Below are positions 1 to 12,200 of a stretch of 64,000 nucleotides of DNA, one piece after another. This DNA comes from Eledone cirrhosa (taxonomy: Eukaryota): positions 330,026,001 through 330,090,000 of the forward strand of contig OZ024741.1 of NCBI GenBank assembly GCA_964016885.1. The letters run 5' to 3'. The position numbers were made by a program, and so were the translations under genes. A model generated the notes under the pieces. It did not search any database. It worked only from the letters and a program-made list of their open reading frames with translations, and had not been told where the DNA came from. Numbering within the stretch: position 1 is the first letter of the stretch; every line of letters starts with the position of its first letter.

Positions 1-3000
1 CGGGGGGGGGGGGGGTCGTTTGTTGGTGCTAGACGTTGGCAGTAGTGAATGTGCGGCCTTGAGACTGGTCACCGTCTACTCCCCTTTCGGAGCTGAACGG
101 CCCGACTTCTTCCAGCGTTTGGAGACTTTTCTGGGAACGTCGCGTTCCCTGCTTCTAGCGGGGGATTGGAATGACATCCTAGATGCACGTTGGGACTATG
201 CAGGAGCATGTCCTAATAGAGAGGGGTGTAACAGCCTCAAGGGGTTACTCGACCGTTTTAACTTGGTCGATAGATATCGACTAGATTTTCCAACTGTGCC
301 AACCTGGACTTGGACGAACCATAGTGGTCAATCTAGATCGTACCTAGATAGATTCTTAGTTAGAAGTAAGGATAGGGACATATTAAGCTGTCCAGAAATG
401 CTCACGGTTGGCTATACGGATCACAAATTAGTGACCTGCGTAGTCAATCTCGAGAAAACACATAAACAGGGGTTACTGGAAACTTAATTTGTCTTTACCG
501 GCAAAAGAGACTTACAGAAACCGGATTAGCAGATTAGTTAAGGAGAGGTTGACGGGTGCAATCGCCAACAACCGATGGTGGGCATCTCTCAAAAGAGAGA
601 TTAGAACAGAATCAATAAGTTATAGCAAGATGTTAGCTGCCGATAGGAATAGAAACGAGAAAGAATTAACAGGTAAATTAGAAGAGGCAATCAAGAGCGA
701 AGATGTGGCCAGAGTGCTGGCATCGAGGACGGCCTTGAACCAGTTTTTCGATGCAAAACACGAAGGCTGCGTCATTCGAAGTAAAATACGTGCTCTAGGT
801 AATGAGGGGGCCAAAGCTGTTGGCTGGGCCCGCGTGACAGAAGCTAAGAGTGGAAATCGATCCACCATCCGGTCTTTGCAAGACGAGGATGGACGGGTGA
901 TCCGGGAGCCTAAGCAGATGTGCGAGGCCTTTCAAAGGCACTTTGCCCGATTATTCGGGGGAGGCGAGGGTCCGGGCGGGGACGTGGATTTCGGTCCATA
1001 CCTCGACGGCCTGCCACGTCTCTCGAGCGAAGAGGCAGAGTCCTGCGAGGGACCAATCTCGGTTGATGAGATCGGGGATGCGCTGAGCCAATGCAGTAGA
1101 CGCAAATCTCCAGGTCTCGATGGTATACCTTACGAACTTTATTTAGCAATGCCGGTCTTCTTCTCCGAACTCCTCGAAGCGGTCTACTGCAATTGGCAGC
1201 AGAACGGGAGAATTCCTTGTTCTGTAGCCAAGGGCGTAGTCTCGCTGGTAAGGAAGGACGAGAACAAGGAGGATAGTATAAATAATTTTCGGCCCATAAC
1301 CCTGCTAAACACAGAGTTAAAGATTTTGGCCAAGGTGTTAGCAAAGAGGTTGGCGCTTGTCGTGGGTGGCTTGGTGGGAGATGCGCAGACATGTGCTATC
1401 CCATCCAGGTCCATTCACGATAACCTCCACCTCATGCGATACATCATAGAATGGGTTGACAACAAACCCGGCTTCGGTGGGGCCCTGATCAACTTGGATC
1501 AGTCTAAGGCCTTCGATAGGGTCGACCATGGTTACCTGGATGCGGTGCTAGCGACGGCTGGGTTCGGTCCTGTTTTCAGAGGCTGGATCACTGCCTTACA
1601 TAGCAACCACATCTGTTCTAGGGTCAAGGTGAACGGCTACCTTTCGAAGCCGTTCGAAATCACACCATCCATTCGACAGGGGTGCCCTCTCTTCTCCCTT
1701 CTGTACGTATTGACTCTCGAGCCTTTACTGAGGAAGTTGGAGTTGTTGCAGGGTATCCCCCTGGAACCAGGATTGAACAAAGCGGTGTCGGCCTACGCCG
1801 ATGACGTAACAGTAATGGTATCGACCGACTCGGAGATCGAGGCGATCGGTACCTTACTGGAGGATTACGAAAGGTTGTCAGGAGCGAAACTGAACCGGGA
1901 AAAATCCATCGGGCTGCAACTCGGAACGTGGAGAGGCAGACCGATGCCTCCCAACGGTGTCGTCGGACACTGGACGGAGGGCCCGGTGAAGTTGCTTGGG
2001 GTCTGGTTTGGACCGGACCTCCAGGTGGAAAAGAACTGGGACGAGGTTACGAACAAGGTGTTTGCACTAACCCAGAAATGGGCCAAGTATAAGCTGTCCC
2101 TAAAAGGTCGGGCGGAGGTGACGAACATTTACATAGCGTCCGTCACTTACTACCGCCTGACTGTCGTGCCTTGCCCTAAGGAAACACTCACCACCATGGA
2201 ACGTATGCTCTTCCAATTTCTTTGGAAGAAGCGCCCTCCTATGGTGAGAAGATCCATCTGCTGCCAACAACCTTCGAAAGGAGGGCTGGGGATGCCGTGG
2301 TTGATGATGCGTAGGCACGCATTAAGGCTACGGCACCTACAGGTATTCCTCACTGGTCAACCGGTGTGGGCTCCGTTCGTGAAACGAGCCTTTCCGAGAC
2401 TCGTCTCGCTCACCGAGCTGCAGTCCTGGGTCAAGCAAAGATCCGGAAAACTGGGAGACTGGCACACTGAGTGTGCCCAGGCGCTCAGGGCTCTCTGGCA
2501 AGCGGGCCAGGCCATCGGTGGAGAATCCACCTCATCATTCTATAGAGGGCTGGCGGCTAGCAGGGGCGATGACACCCTTGGAGAGTCGCTGGACATGGAA
2601 GAGGACGAACTGGCCAGCCTGTTCGGTAGGACTTTCCGCCCGGGACCAATGGACAACTTCCAGAAGTCACTAGTCTGGCAGTGCTACCGGGGGGCTCTAG
2701 CCGTTCGAGAGAGGCTCTACAGACACGGGCGCCCGGGCAGGGATCCCTCGAAAAAGATTTGCCCTAGATGCGTGCGTCACGAAGAAACCGTTGCGCACGC
2801 ATTGGTGCAATGTCCGGGCGTGGCTGATCTGTGGGGCTACGCCGAATGACTGCTGTCGCGAGTGGCGCCGATTCGATTGACCGCCGAGTCCGTGATGACA
2901 ATGAAGCCGCCTCCCCTCTTCACAAAGAAGCAAAGGCGGTTTTTCTGTGCGTAATAGCCATGTTGAAAGAGGTTGTTTGGTGGACACGATTGAAAGGTCT

Positions 3001-3390
3001 GAGGTCAGGCAACTTCCTCTCTGGCCATAGTCTGGTCTACTTCTTCCGATATCACTTCGGAAGAAGGATAAGAATGGAGAGAGAGGTGCTTGGCCACAGG
3101 CAGTTTTATGAAAGGTGGGTGATAGTGGCGAGAATGGCTCGTGTAAATGGGCCTTCTCTGTATATCATCCTGTAGGTAAAGAAGTGAAGGAGAGGGGAGC
3201 ACCTTCTCCATGTGCTCCCCGAGCAAAGGATTGCACACTTTTTCGGGGGTGTGTGCAACCCCCATCCCGTGGCCTCCCTTTTGAGGTTGTTTTCGATTAT
3301 TTTCATTTTATACCCTTTTTACTCGATTTTATGTAAACTCCCCCTTTGTATTTGTCCCTTCTTTTTATGCCTTTATGGTAAATAAAGAAA
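1..3390 (+). mobile_element. Tx1/L1-clade non-LTR retrotransposon, ORF2 (APE endonuclease + RT + C-terminal Cys/His knuckle), 5' part outside the window, disrupted
   Basis: APE motifs GRLLVLDV, LAGDWN, SYLDRFL, TDHK. The linker GYWKLN is reached by a frameshift at the G-run 469-472. RT motifs KSPGLDG, FRPITLLN, DQSKAFDRV, RQGCP, AYADD. C-terminal CPRC..HALVQC. In-frame TGA at 2847-2849, second frameshift near 2920-2925, true stop at 3173-3175. AATAAA at 3381-3386 is followed by TA/TG repeats. Confidence 0.93.
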
Positions 3391-3740
3391 TATATATTTG
3401 TATATGTGTGTGTGATTTATGTGTGAGAGTGTGTATGTATTTATTTTTACGTATGTATGTGTACGTGCATTTGTATGTATTGCTTACCACGTGTGTTTGT
3501 TCATTTATTTGTTGCCTGTATCGCTGTCAACATTATAATAGTCTTTATATTCATTTTTATGTTTTTTATTATTATATATTTTTTCTTATATTTATTTGTG
3601 TGTGTGAGTATGTAGACCTGTGTGTATATATTTCTATTTTTGTGCATGCGTATCTATGCGTGTATATATGTGTGTATGTATGTGTATGTATGTACGTGTG
3701 TATATACGTATGATTGTGTGTATGTATGTATGTATATGTG

Positions 3741-3782
<42 letters not shown>

Positions 3783-3972
3783 GTTGTATATATGTGTGTA
3801 TGTATGCATATGTTATTTTTATGTGTGTATGTATGTATGTGTATATGTATGTGTATGTATATATATACACGCGTGTGTGTGTGTATGTGTGTGTGTGTGT
3901 GTGTGTGTGTATGTATATATATATATATGTGTATGTATATAATTGTGTGTGTGTGTGTGTTTGCATGTGTGT
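3391..3972. repeat. Compound (TA)n/(TG)n/(TATG)n microsatellite
   Basis: Directly visible; it produces the spurious Cys/Val/Tyr/Met ORFs in the track. Confidence 0.95.
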
Positions 3973-4388
3973 TTTTATTTTATTTTTCCTTTCCTTCCTT
4001 TTCCTGCCTCACTTTCATATAGATTGCATTTTTGTTTTTAAAATCCAACGTCAATAAATACACCAGGATTTTTTCGTTCTGATGATTGAAAGCAAAATTT
4101 GTTTGCTTTTAAGAAACCACTGGTAAATGAAATAATTGCCTTATGTTGTTTATTACATAACTATATATATAGAGAGAGAGATTTCTTAATAATATATAGA
4201 TCTCAATTTTTAATGATAAACTAAACATTTAATCATATTTAAACAATGGTTAAAATCCTCCTATTATGTATGTATCTCCATTCACGATTATTTACATTTC
4301 TCTATTCATCCATAAAAAATAAATATTTATTCTTTCACTTCATCTCAAATGTTAAGATAACTCAACAAACTATCACTTAGAGCTTTTG

Positions 4389-4414
4389 CTTTCTCTCTCT
4401 CTTTTTTTCTTTTG

Positions 4415-4480
<66 letters not shown>
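4389..4480. repeat. (CT)n microsatellite (second tract at 4822-4862)
   Basis: Directly visible. Confidence 0.95.
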
Positions 4481-4484
<4 letters not shown>

Positions 4485-4631
4485 ACCCAACGGCTTATTT
4501 AAAAATATCCAATACTAATTTACATAATAGTATAAATAAATTTATAACCCCACTATCCAGGAGCTTCCAACTGTAAAGTTTGCATTCTTTAAGGGTATGT
4601 CAATATTTATTTATAAAACTGCTCTATATTA

Positions 4632-4696
4632 TATTTTATCTGATGAAAGCACACCATAATTTAACTTGGTGTCCTTGAAATATGTATAATGAAATA
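4632..4696 (+). ncRNA. Minimal type I hammerhead ribozyme (Penelope/retrozyme type)
   Basis: Stem I tattttat(4632-39)/atgaaata(4689-96). CUGAUGA 4640-46. Stem II aagcacacca/tggtgtcctt (9 of 10 pairs). GAAA 4677-80. Self-complementary stem III AUAUGUAU. Predicted cleavage after A4688. Confidence 0.75.
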
Positions 4697-4818
4697 AATA
4701 TGGTTTTATAAATATAGTTTCCATTTGTTAATATCGTATTTTTACTCCAATTATTTGTTGAGTGCTTTATACCAGTTATAAAAATATTTGCTTGTTGTAT
4801 CCCAACAATTTAAATAGA

Positions 4819-4821
<3 letters not shown>
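4635..4821 (+). mobile_element. Small non-autonomous repeat (Penelope pLTR-like) carrying the hammerhead; second copy at 46237-46515
   Basis: ~180 bp nearly identical to 46338-46511. Confidence 0.65.
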
Positions 4822-4863
<42 letters not shown>

Positions 4864-5301
4864 AATATGTGTTGTTATTTTCACGGTTGATTTTAGAAAT
4901 ATGAATTATTTTGACAGTTCACCGCTTTCAATACTTGTTGGCTCCAATCCGTGTTTTTCTATCGTTCATGTTGACTTTTTAGTTGTTTGTCTCCAAAGTT
5001 GTAAATATTGGATGGAAGTGTTAGTAGCTGAAAAGCTAGATTTATCGATGTGTGTATGTTATTTAAAAGGAGACTGAAATAACGTTATATAGAAATAAAA
5101 CGGTAAGTAAAGTGATATACTTAGTTGTTTATACCAGCGAAACTAACTTTAGGTCCCCGTACCACTGTTGGCCCGTAAACTAAGTTCGGTGCGGGACTTA
5201 CCGATAAGTTAAATAGCTTAGGGCTATATACCCTCGGGTACCTCGTTTTTAAAAATATTTTTTTTATTTTATAATTAGTTTTTATTCTTTAACACTAAAT
5301 C

Positions 5302-5562
5302 ATAAAAAGATGTTCACATAAAACCGTCTCTTCTATTCATAATATATATATATATATATATTATGAATAGAAGAGACGGTTTTATGTGTACATCTTTTTA
5401 TTACAGAACTATGTAATAAAAAGATGTACACATAAAACCGTCTCCCTTATTCATAATATTGAAACTCCGGTTGATACCTTACAAATCGTAGAATGGTTTA
5501 CGTCTGTTTACAAAAAATAACAGGTGGCGGATTATATGATCAACCAACTTTCATTAATTGAA
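5302..5562. repeat. Triple inverted repeat (A / A' / A) around a (TA)n tract, Penelope-terminus-like
   Basis: The arm aaaaagatgt(t/a)cacataaaaccgtctc..tattcataat occurs at ~5303-5345, its reverse complement at ~5357-5403, and the arm again at ~5415-5460. Confidence 0.75.
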
Positions 5563-5593
5563 TATATATATATATATTTCTATACCTTTCATT

Positions 5594-5625
<32 letters not shown>

Positions 5626-6264
5626 TTCTTTATCATTAACATTAATATAAAAAATAATTATCATGTATAATGATTTTTATTTTTTTATTTTTTTCAGAGT
5701 AGCGCCCCAAATTTCTTATAGCTTAGGGCCTCAGAAGGTGAAAGTTCAACCCTGACTAAGTTGGAAATTTCAAGTAATATGTTAAACGCTACTGGATGTC
5801 CATTATTTTCTAAATGTAAATATTTCTCTTTTTCGATTGTTAATCTTGTCGTATAATAATCTGGGATGGCGCTAATTGTAGAGAGCAGAGTCCGTGGGAA
5901 AATTCATTTAAATATAAGGGATCCTTTAAAGTGAAAAGGTTGGGAACCACTGATCTAAATTACTACTCAGTGTGTCCTTCTCCCCTTTTTTCTTACCAAG
6001 CCAGTAGGGTGTGATTTGGCCGTTATAACTCGCAAATTAAGCGATCGCCTAGAAATTTCCACTTTGATTTAAATTAACTTTAAAATGCCCAAGAAACACC
6101 GTATGCTAATACAGCGCCCCTACGACTTTATCGGGAGTTACTGGACCATACATACAACTTCAGTTATTGTTTCTAGTCATAGGGAAGGCCTGATCAAACA
6201 GACCAATTGTAAATGGTATTCCGGCCGTGACCATTCCGTTTTCTCAGATTACAATATCGAGTGT

Positions 6265-6345
6265 GAAGGCGTGTGGCTTAGTGGTTAGTGTGTTCGGCTC
6301 ATTTTCGCGAGTTTGATACCCGGCGGCAGGTTGCGTCATTGACTC
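6265..6345 (+). mobile_element. tRNA-derived SINE head
   Basis: A-box-like tggcttagtgg and B-box-like gagtttgatacc; related to 36377-36520. Confidence 0.55.
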
Positions 6346-7013
6346 CGTTCCTCTGGAAAAAAATAAGTCGTAACTTGTGATTAAAAAACCCAGCAGCCCT
6401 TAAACCTGCTTAAATCTTTTAAAACTATGTTATTTTATGTTATTTCTATTTTCAGCTGGAACATTCGCCAACAAACATAAATGGTATATATGCCCATCTA
6501 TTAATCAACGGACTGTTCTAAGTATGAAGTACATATAGACCAAGTGAAATAGTGCTACATTGATATACTTCAACACATTTGGCTGCACATAACACACATG
6601 TATCTATATACAGTGTAATTGTAAGACAGTGATATGTTAATCACTATGAGAGTGATGTATGTACATATGTATGGACACTTAACTCTTTATGAAATCCTAG
6701 GGGCGCTGTCGTGACATATGACATGTCTTGGATATTTTAAGCCTGTCATAGCCCATCCTTCTCCAGGCCTGAACACAGCTAAACCCTTTCAAAGAAGGAG
6801 AGAGATAGAGGAAATGAAAAAGAGATATATAGAGGAAAATCAACCCCATTTCAGGACTGGTACATTTTTAATCAACCTTAAAAAGATGAAAAGTACTGTG
6901 TACCATGGCAGGATTTGAACTCACAGATCCAGAAGGGATACTGCAAAGCATTCTATGCCAATTTACTGCTTATTACATAAGTGATATAGACAACTACAAA
7001 AATAACTTTCAGA

Positions 7014-8192
7014 ATGGAATCAAAACAAACAGCAGATAGTAATCCCCTAGAAACAATGATTGGTCTGACAGAATCATCTTTTATTCAGGAAAAGTATCAA
7101 TGTGACTTTTGTGATAAGTCATTTAAATATAAGTCCTTCCTCACCATTCACAAGAGGAAACACACTGGAGAAAAACCTTACGATTGTGAATATTGTGGTA
7201 AGACATTTGCTGAGAAAAGTTCCTTAACGAAACACAGACGAACACACACTGGAGAGAAACCTTACAGCTGTGAACTTTGTGGTATGAAATTCTCTGAGCA
7301 AAGTGCACTAGCTAAACACACGAGGGCTCATACAGGAGACAAACATCACCAATGTGAATATTGTGGTAAAAGATTTTCTGAAAGATGTCGTCTTAAGAGA
7401 CATATACGTACTCATACAGGAGAGAAACCATTCAGTTGTGAATTATGTGGGGATAGATTTGTTGAAAATTTCCCATTGAAAATACACATGCAAATACATA
7501 TTGGTAATGAACCATATCACTGTGATATCTGTGGGAAAAAATTTTGTGAAAAAAGGCGTTTTATAAATCATCAACGATCACACACCGGAGAAAAGCCATT
7601 CCAATGTCAAAAATGTGATAAATCATTTGCTTCAGGCAGCTACTTAACAAAACACCTGCTAATTCATGTAGATGTAAAACCTCATGCATGTGATACCTGT
7701 GGCAAATGTTTCATTGCTAAACATAGCTTGACTGAACACAAAAGAGTACACACGGGAGAGAGACCATTCCAATGTGAGTACTGTGGGAGGACATTTGCAA
7801 TTAAGGCAAATTTAGTCAAACATAAACGAACACACACAGGAGAGAAACCTTACCGCTGTGAACATTGTGATAAAACCTTCAGTGAGAGAAGCTCACTGAA
7901 AAGTCATAAGTTCACACACACAGGAGAGAAGCCTTTTAGCTGTCAGATTTGTGGGACTAGTTTTCGTCAAAGAGGTACACTGATTAAACATACAAGATCA
8001 CACACAGGAGAGAAACCGTTTCACTGTGGATTGTGTGGTAAAATGTTTGCTATGAAAAATTACCTAACAAAACATAAACTGGCACATGCTGGAGATGAAC
8101 CACACCATTGTGAATATTGTGGCAAGGCTTTTGCTAATAGAGATTTATTTAAAGCACACAAAATGTCTCACAGTGAGAAGACATTCAGTTGA
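7014..8192 (+). CDS. C2H2 zinc finger protein, 13 tandem fingers, single coding exon (392 aa)
   Basis: 13 x C-x2-C-x12-H-x3-H with TGEKP-type linkers; intact ORF. Splice acceptor tttcag ends at 7012, just before the ATG. Candidate upstream donor cg|gtaagt at 5102/5103. Confidence 0.95.
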   Translation: MESKQTADSNPLETMIGLTESSFIQEKYQCDFCDKSFKYKSFLTIHKRKHTGEKPYDCEYCGKTFAEKSSLTKHRRTHTGEKPYSCELCGMKFSEQSALAKHTRAHTGDKHHQCEYCGKRFSERCRLKRHIRTHTGEKPFSCELCGDRFVENFPLKIHMQIHIGNEPYHCDICGKKFCEKRRFINHQRSHTGEKPFQCQKCDKSFASGSYLTKHLLIHVDVKPHACDTCGKCFIAKHSLTEHKRVHTGERPFQCEYCGRTFAIKANLVKHKRTHTGEKPYRCEHCDKTFSERSSLKSHKFTHTGEKPFSCQICGTSFRQRGTLIKHTRSHTGEKPFHCGLCGKMFAMKNYLTKHKLAHAGDEPHHCEYCGKAFANRDLFKAHKMSHSEKTFS

Positions 8193-8829
8193 ACAACCAA
8201 ACAACTGGCATTTGTTGCCAGTAATTTTATAGAGAAAGACTTTATATTCTAACCTTTTTTTATATTAAACTGTCCTGGACTTATGTTCATTTTAAAATGT
8301 TTATACTGATATTAAATACTTACATCATCATCTCATGCAAAAAATCTTTTAAGTAATATTTTAAGTATCAGCTTATTCATGAAAGAAGTTGTTATTTTAT
8401 TAAATTCCTCCAAATATTTGATTATTTTCAGAATCATAGGGCAATTATTCCTAACAGAGACCATCCTTCTCCAGGTCTGAACACAGTTGATTTCTTCCAG
8501 AGAAATTGAGTGAAAGAGATATATAGGAAAATATGACCACAGTACTGGACTGGTATTTTATTTAATGATGGAAAGTTAAGTTGACTTCAGTGGGATTTGT
8601 AATTGAAGCACAATTACATTATATTGTTGTTTACTTCAAGATTAACCCCGAATGAATAAACCTATGATTAAAGATACTCCAGTTGTGACTATCTCATCGT
8701 TTATTCAGACAGTACATTCCAGAAAATATTATCCAATATCTTTCTTTTTAAGATGTTAGGATATGATATTATGCAGATTTGGCTGCTATTTCTAGCAGTG
8801 CGTCTAATCAAAGCAGGAAGCGTGGTGCT

Positions 8830-9200
8830 CATGACCTTCTTCAGGGCTTCTGACATTGTTGGAAGAAAGTTATTCTTAAACCACAGACTTAGCCTAAATG
8901 CTTGTAACAAAATAGACTCCACAAAAGAAACAAACACACTGCTACTCATAATATAGAAGATATTGAAATACCAGGACTTAACTGACTGCTTCCTTTCATA
9001 CGAGTTGCGATCAAAATCTTCTGCGTCCTCAGTTCCCAAACTGCTATTTTCTTCCGCAAAATTAGGAGGTGTGCATCCCGCCTGAGGATGAAGTCTCCAT
9101 GAAGTGGAGTATAGCTGATGTAGCGGGTGTCACTGGTTGTTCTCCACCAATGATTTCACCAATTAGAATGGGATGTAGAGACTGGCCCTCGCTTTCCCTT
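8830..9200 (-). mobile_element. Degenerate Penelope-like GIY-YIG 3' fragment
   Basis: Minus-strand peptides TSAILH and FVESILLQAFRLSL resemble a PLE endonuclease C-terminus, followed by a lone CUGAAGA hammerhead half-core. Confidence 0.4.
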
Positions 9201-9286
9201 ATTTTAGTTATTTAATTTTTTTCTTTCTTACTGTTTATTATGCAAAAAATGTAAATAAAGTTTGGATAGTACTGGTAAATAAAAAC

Positions 9287-12200
9287 GCAATGAATGAAGA
9301 CCACTGCACAGAAATAAGGGAATTAATGAAGACCACGGCGCAATCATAAGGCAATGAATGAAGACCACGGCTCAGTAAAAAGGCAATGAATGAAGATCAC
9401 TACGCAGTAATATGGCAATAAATGAAGAGAACTGCACAGTAATAAGGAAATTAATGAAGACCACTACGCAGTAATAAGGCAATGAATGAAGACCACTACG
9501 CAGTAATAAGGCAATGAATGAAGACCACTAGGCAGTAATAAGGCAATGAATGAAGACCACTACGCAGTAATAAGGCAATGAATGAAGATCACTACGCAGT
9601 AATAAGGCAATGAATGAAGACCACTACGCAGTAATAACGCAATGAATAAAGACCACTGCACAGTAATAAGGAAATTAATTGTTTCTACATTAGGCACAAG
9701 ACAAGCAATTACCCTGTGTATTACTGGTACTTTATTTATCAACCCCGAGACCACTTCACAGCAATAGGGGCAATGAATAAAGACCACTTCACAGCAATAG
9801 GGGCAATGAATAAAGACCACTTCACAGCAATAGGGGCAATGAATAAAGACCACTTCACAGCAATAGGGGCAATGAATAAAGACCACTTCACAGCAATAGG
9901 GGCAATGAATGAAGACCACTATGTAGTAATAAGGCAATGAATGAAGACCACTATGTAGTAATAAGGCAATGAATGAAGACCACTTCACAGTAATAGGGCA
10001 ATGAATGAAGACCACTTCACAGTAATAAGGCAATGAATGAAGACCACTATGTAGTAATAAGGCAATGAATGAAGACCACTTCACAGTAATAGGGCAATGA
10101 ATGAAGACCACTTCACAGTAATAAGGCAATGAATGAAGACCACTATGTAGTAATAAGGCAATGAATGAAGACCACTGCACAGTAATAGGGCAATGAATGA
10201 AGACCACTTCACAGTAATAAGGCAATGAATGAAGACCACTATGTAGTAATAAGGCAATGAATGAAGACCACTGCACAGTAATAGGGCAATGAATGAAGAC
10301 CATTCCACAGTAATAAGGCAATGAATGAAGACCACTTCACAGTAATAGGGCAATGAATGAAGACCACTTCACAGTAATAAGGCAATGAATGAAGACCACT
10401 ATGAAGTAATAAGGCAATGAATGAAGACCACTGCACAGTAATAGGGCAATGAATGAAGACCACTGCACAGTAATAGGGCAATGAATGAAGACCACTGCAC
10501 AGTAATAGGGCAATGAATGAAGACCACTGCACAGTAATAAGGCAATGAATGAAGACCACTGCACAGTAATAGGGCAATGAATGAAGACCACTGCACAGTA
10601 ATAAGGCAATGAATGAAGACCACTTCACAGTAATAGGGCAATGAATGAAGACCACTGCACAGTAATAGGGCAATGAATGAAGACCACTTCACAGTAATAA
10701 GGCAATGAATGAAGACCACTATGAAGTAATAAGGCAATGAATGAAGACCACTGCACAGTAATAGGGCAATGAATGAAGACCACTGCACAGTAATAGGGCA
10801 ATGAATGAAGACCACTGCACAGTAATAAGACAATGAATGAAGACCACTGCACAGTAATAGGGCAATGAATGAAGACCACTGCACAGTAATAAGGCAATGA
10901 ATGAAGACCACTTCACAGTAATAGGGCAATGAATGAAGACCACTATGAAGTAATAAGGCAATGAATGAAGACCACTGCACAGTAATAAGGCAATGAATGA
11001 AGACCACTGCACAGTAATAGGGCAATGAATGAAGACCACTGCACAGTAATAAGACAATGAATGAAGACCACTGCACAGTAATAGGGCAATGAATGAAGAC
11101 CACTGCACAGTAATAAGGCAATGAATGAAGACCACTATGAAGTAATAAGGCAATGAATGAAGACCACTGCACAGTAATAAGGCAATGAATGAAGACCACT
11201 GCACAGTAATAGGGCAATGAATGAAGACCACTATGAAGTAATAAGGCAATGAATGAAGACCACTGCACAGTAATAAGGCAATGAATGAAGACCACTGCAC
11301 AGTAATAAGGCAATGAATGAAGACCACTGCACAGTAATAGGGCAATGAATGAAGACCACTGCACAGTAATAAGACAATGAATGAAGACCACTGCACAGTA
11401 ATAGGGCAATGAATGAAGACCACTGCACAGTAATAAGGCAATGAATGAAGACCACTATGAAGTAATAAGGCAATGAATGAAGACCACTGCACAGTAATAA
11501 GGCAATGAATGAAGACCACTGCACAGTAATAAGGCAATGAATGAAGACCACTATGAAGTAATAAGGCAATGAATGAAGACCACTGCACAGTAATAGGGCA
11601 ATGAATGAAGACCATTTCACAGTAATAAGGCAATGAATGAAGACCACTCCACAGTAATAAGGCAATGAATGAAGACCACTGCACAGGAATAAGGCAATGA
11701 ATGAAGACCACTATGAAGTAATAAGGCAATGAATGAAGACCACTGCACAGTAATAAGGCAATGAATGAAGACCACTGCACAGTAATAGGGCAATGAATGA
11801 AGACCACTGCACAGTAATAAGGCAATGAATGAAGACCACTATGAAGTAATAAGGCAATGAATGAAGACCACTATGAAGTAATAAGGCAATGAATGAAGAC
11901 CACTGCACAGTAATAAGGCAATGAATGAAGACCACTTCACAGTAATAGGGCAATGAATGAAGACCACTGCACAGTAATAAGGCAATGAATGAAGACCACT
12001 GCACAGTAATAAGGCAATGAATGAAGACCACTGCACAGTAATAAGGCAATGAATGAAGACCACTGCACAGTAATAAGGCAATGAATGAAGACCACTATGA
12101 AGTAATAAGGCAATGAATGAAAACCACTGCACAGTAATAGGGCAATGAATGAAGACCACTGCACAGTAATAAGGCAATGAATGAAGACCATTTCACAGTA

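Noticed and set aside
620-3336. Short overlapping and antisense ORFs in the LINE
   Set aside because: Shadow ORFs of GC-rich ORF2; only the second half of 2831-3175 is the real frameshifted C-terminus.
3375-4057. Cys/Val/Tyr-rich ORFs
   Set aside because: Translations of TA/TG microsatellite.
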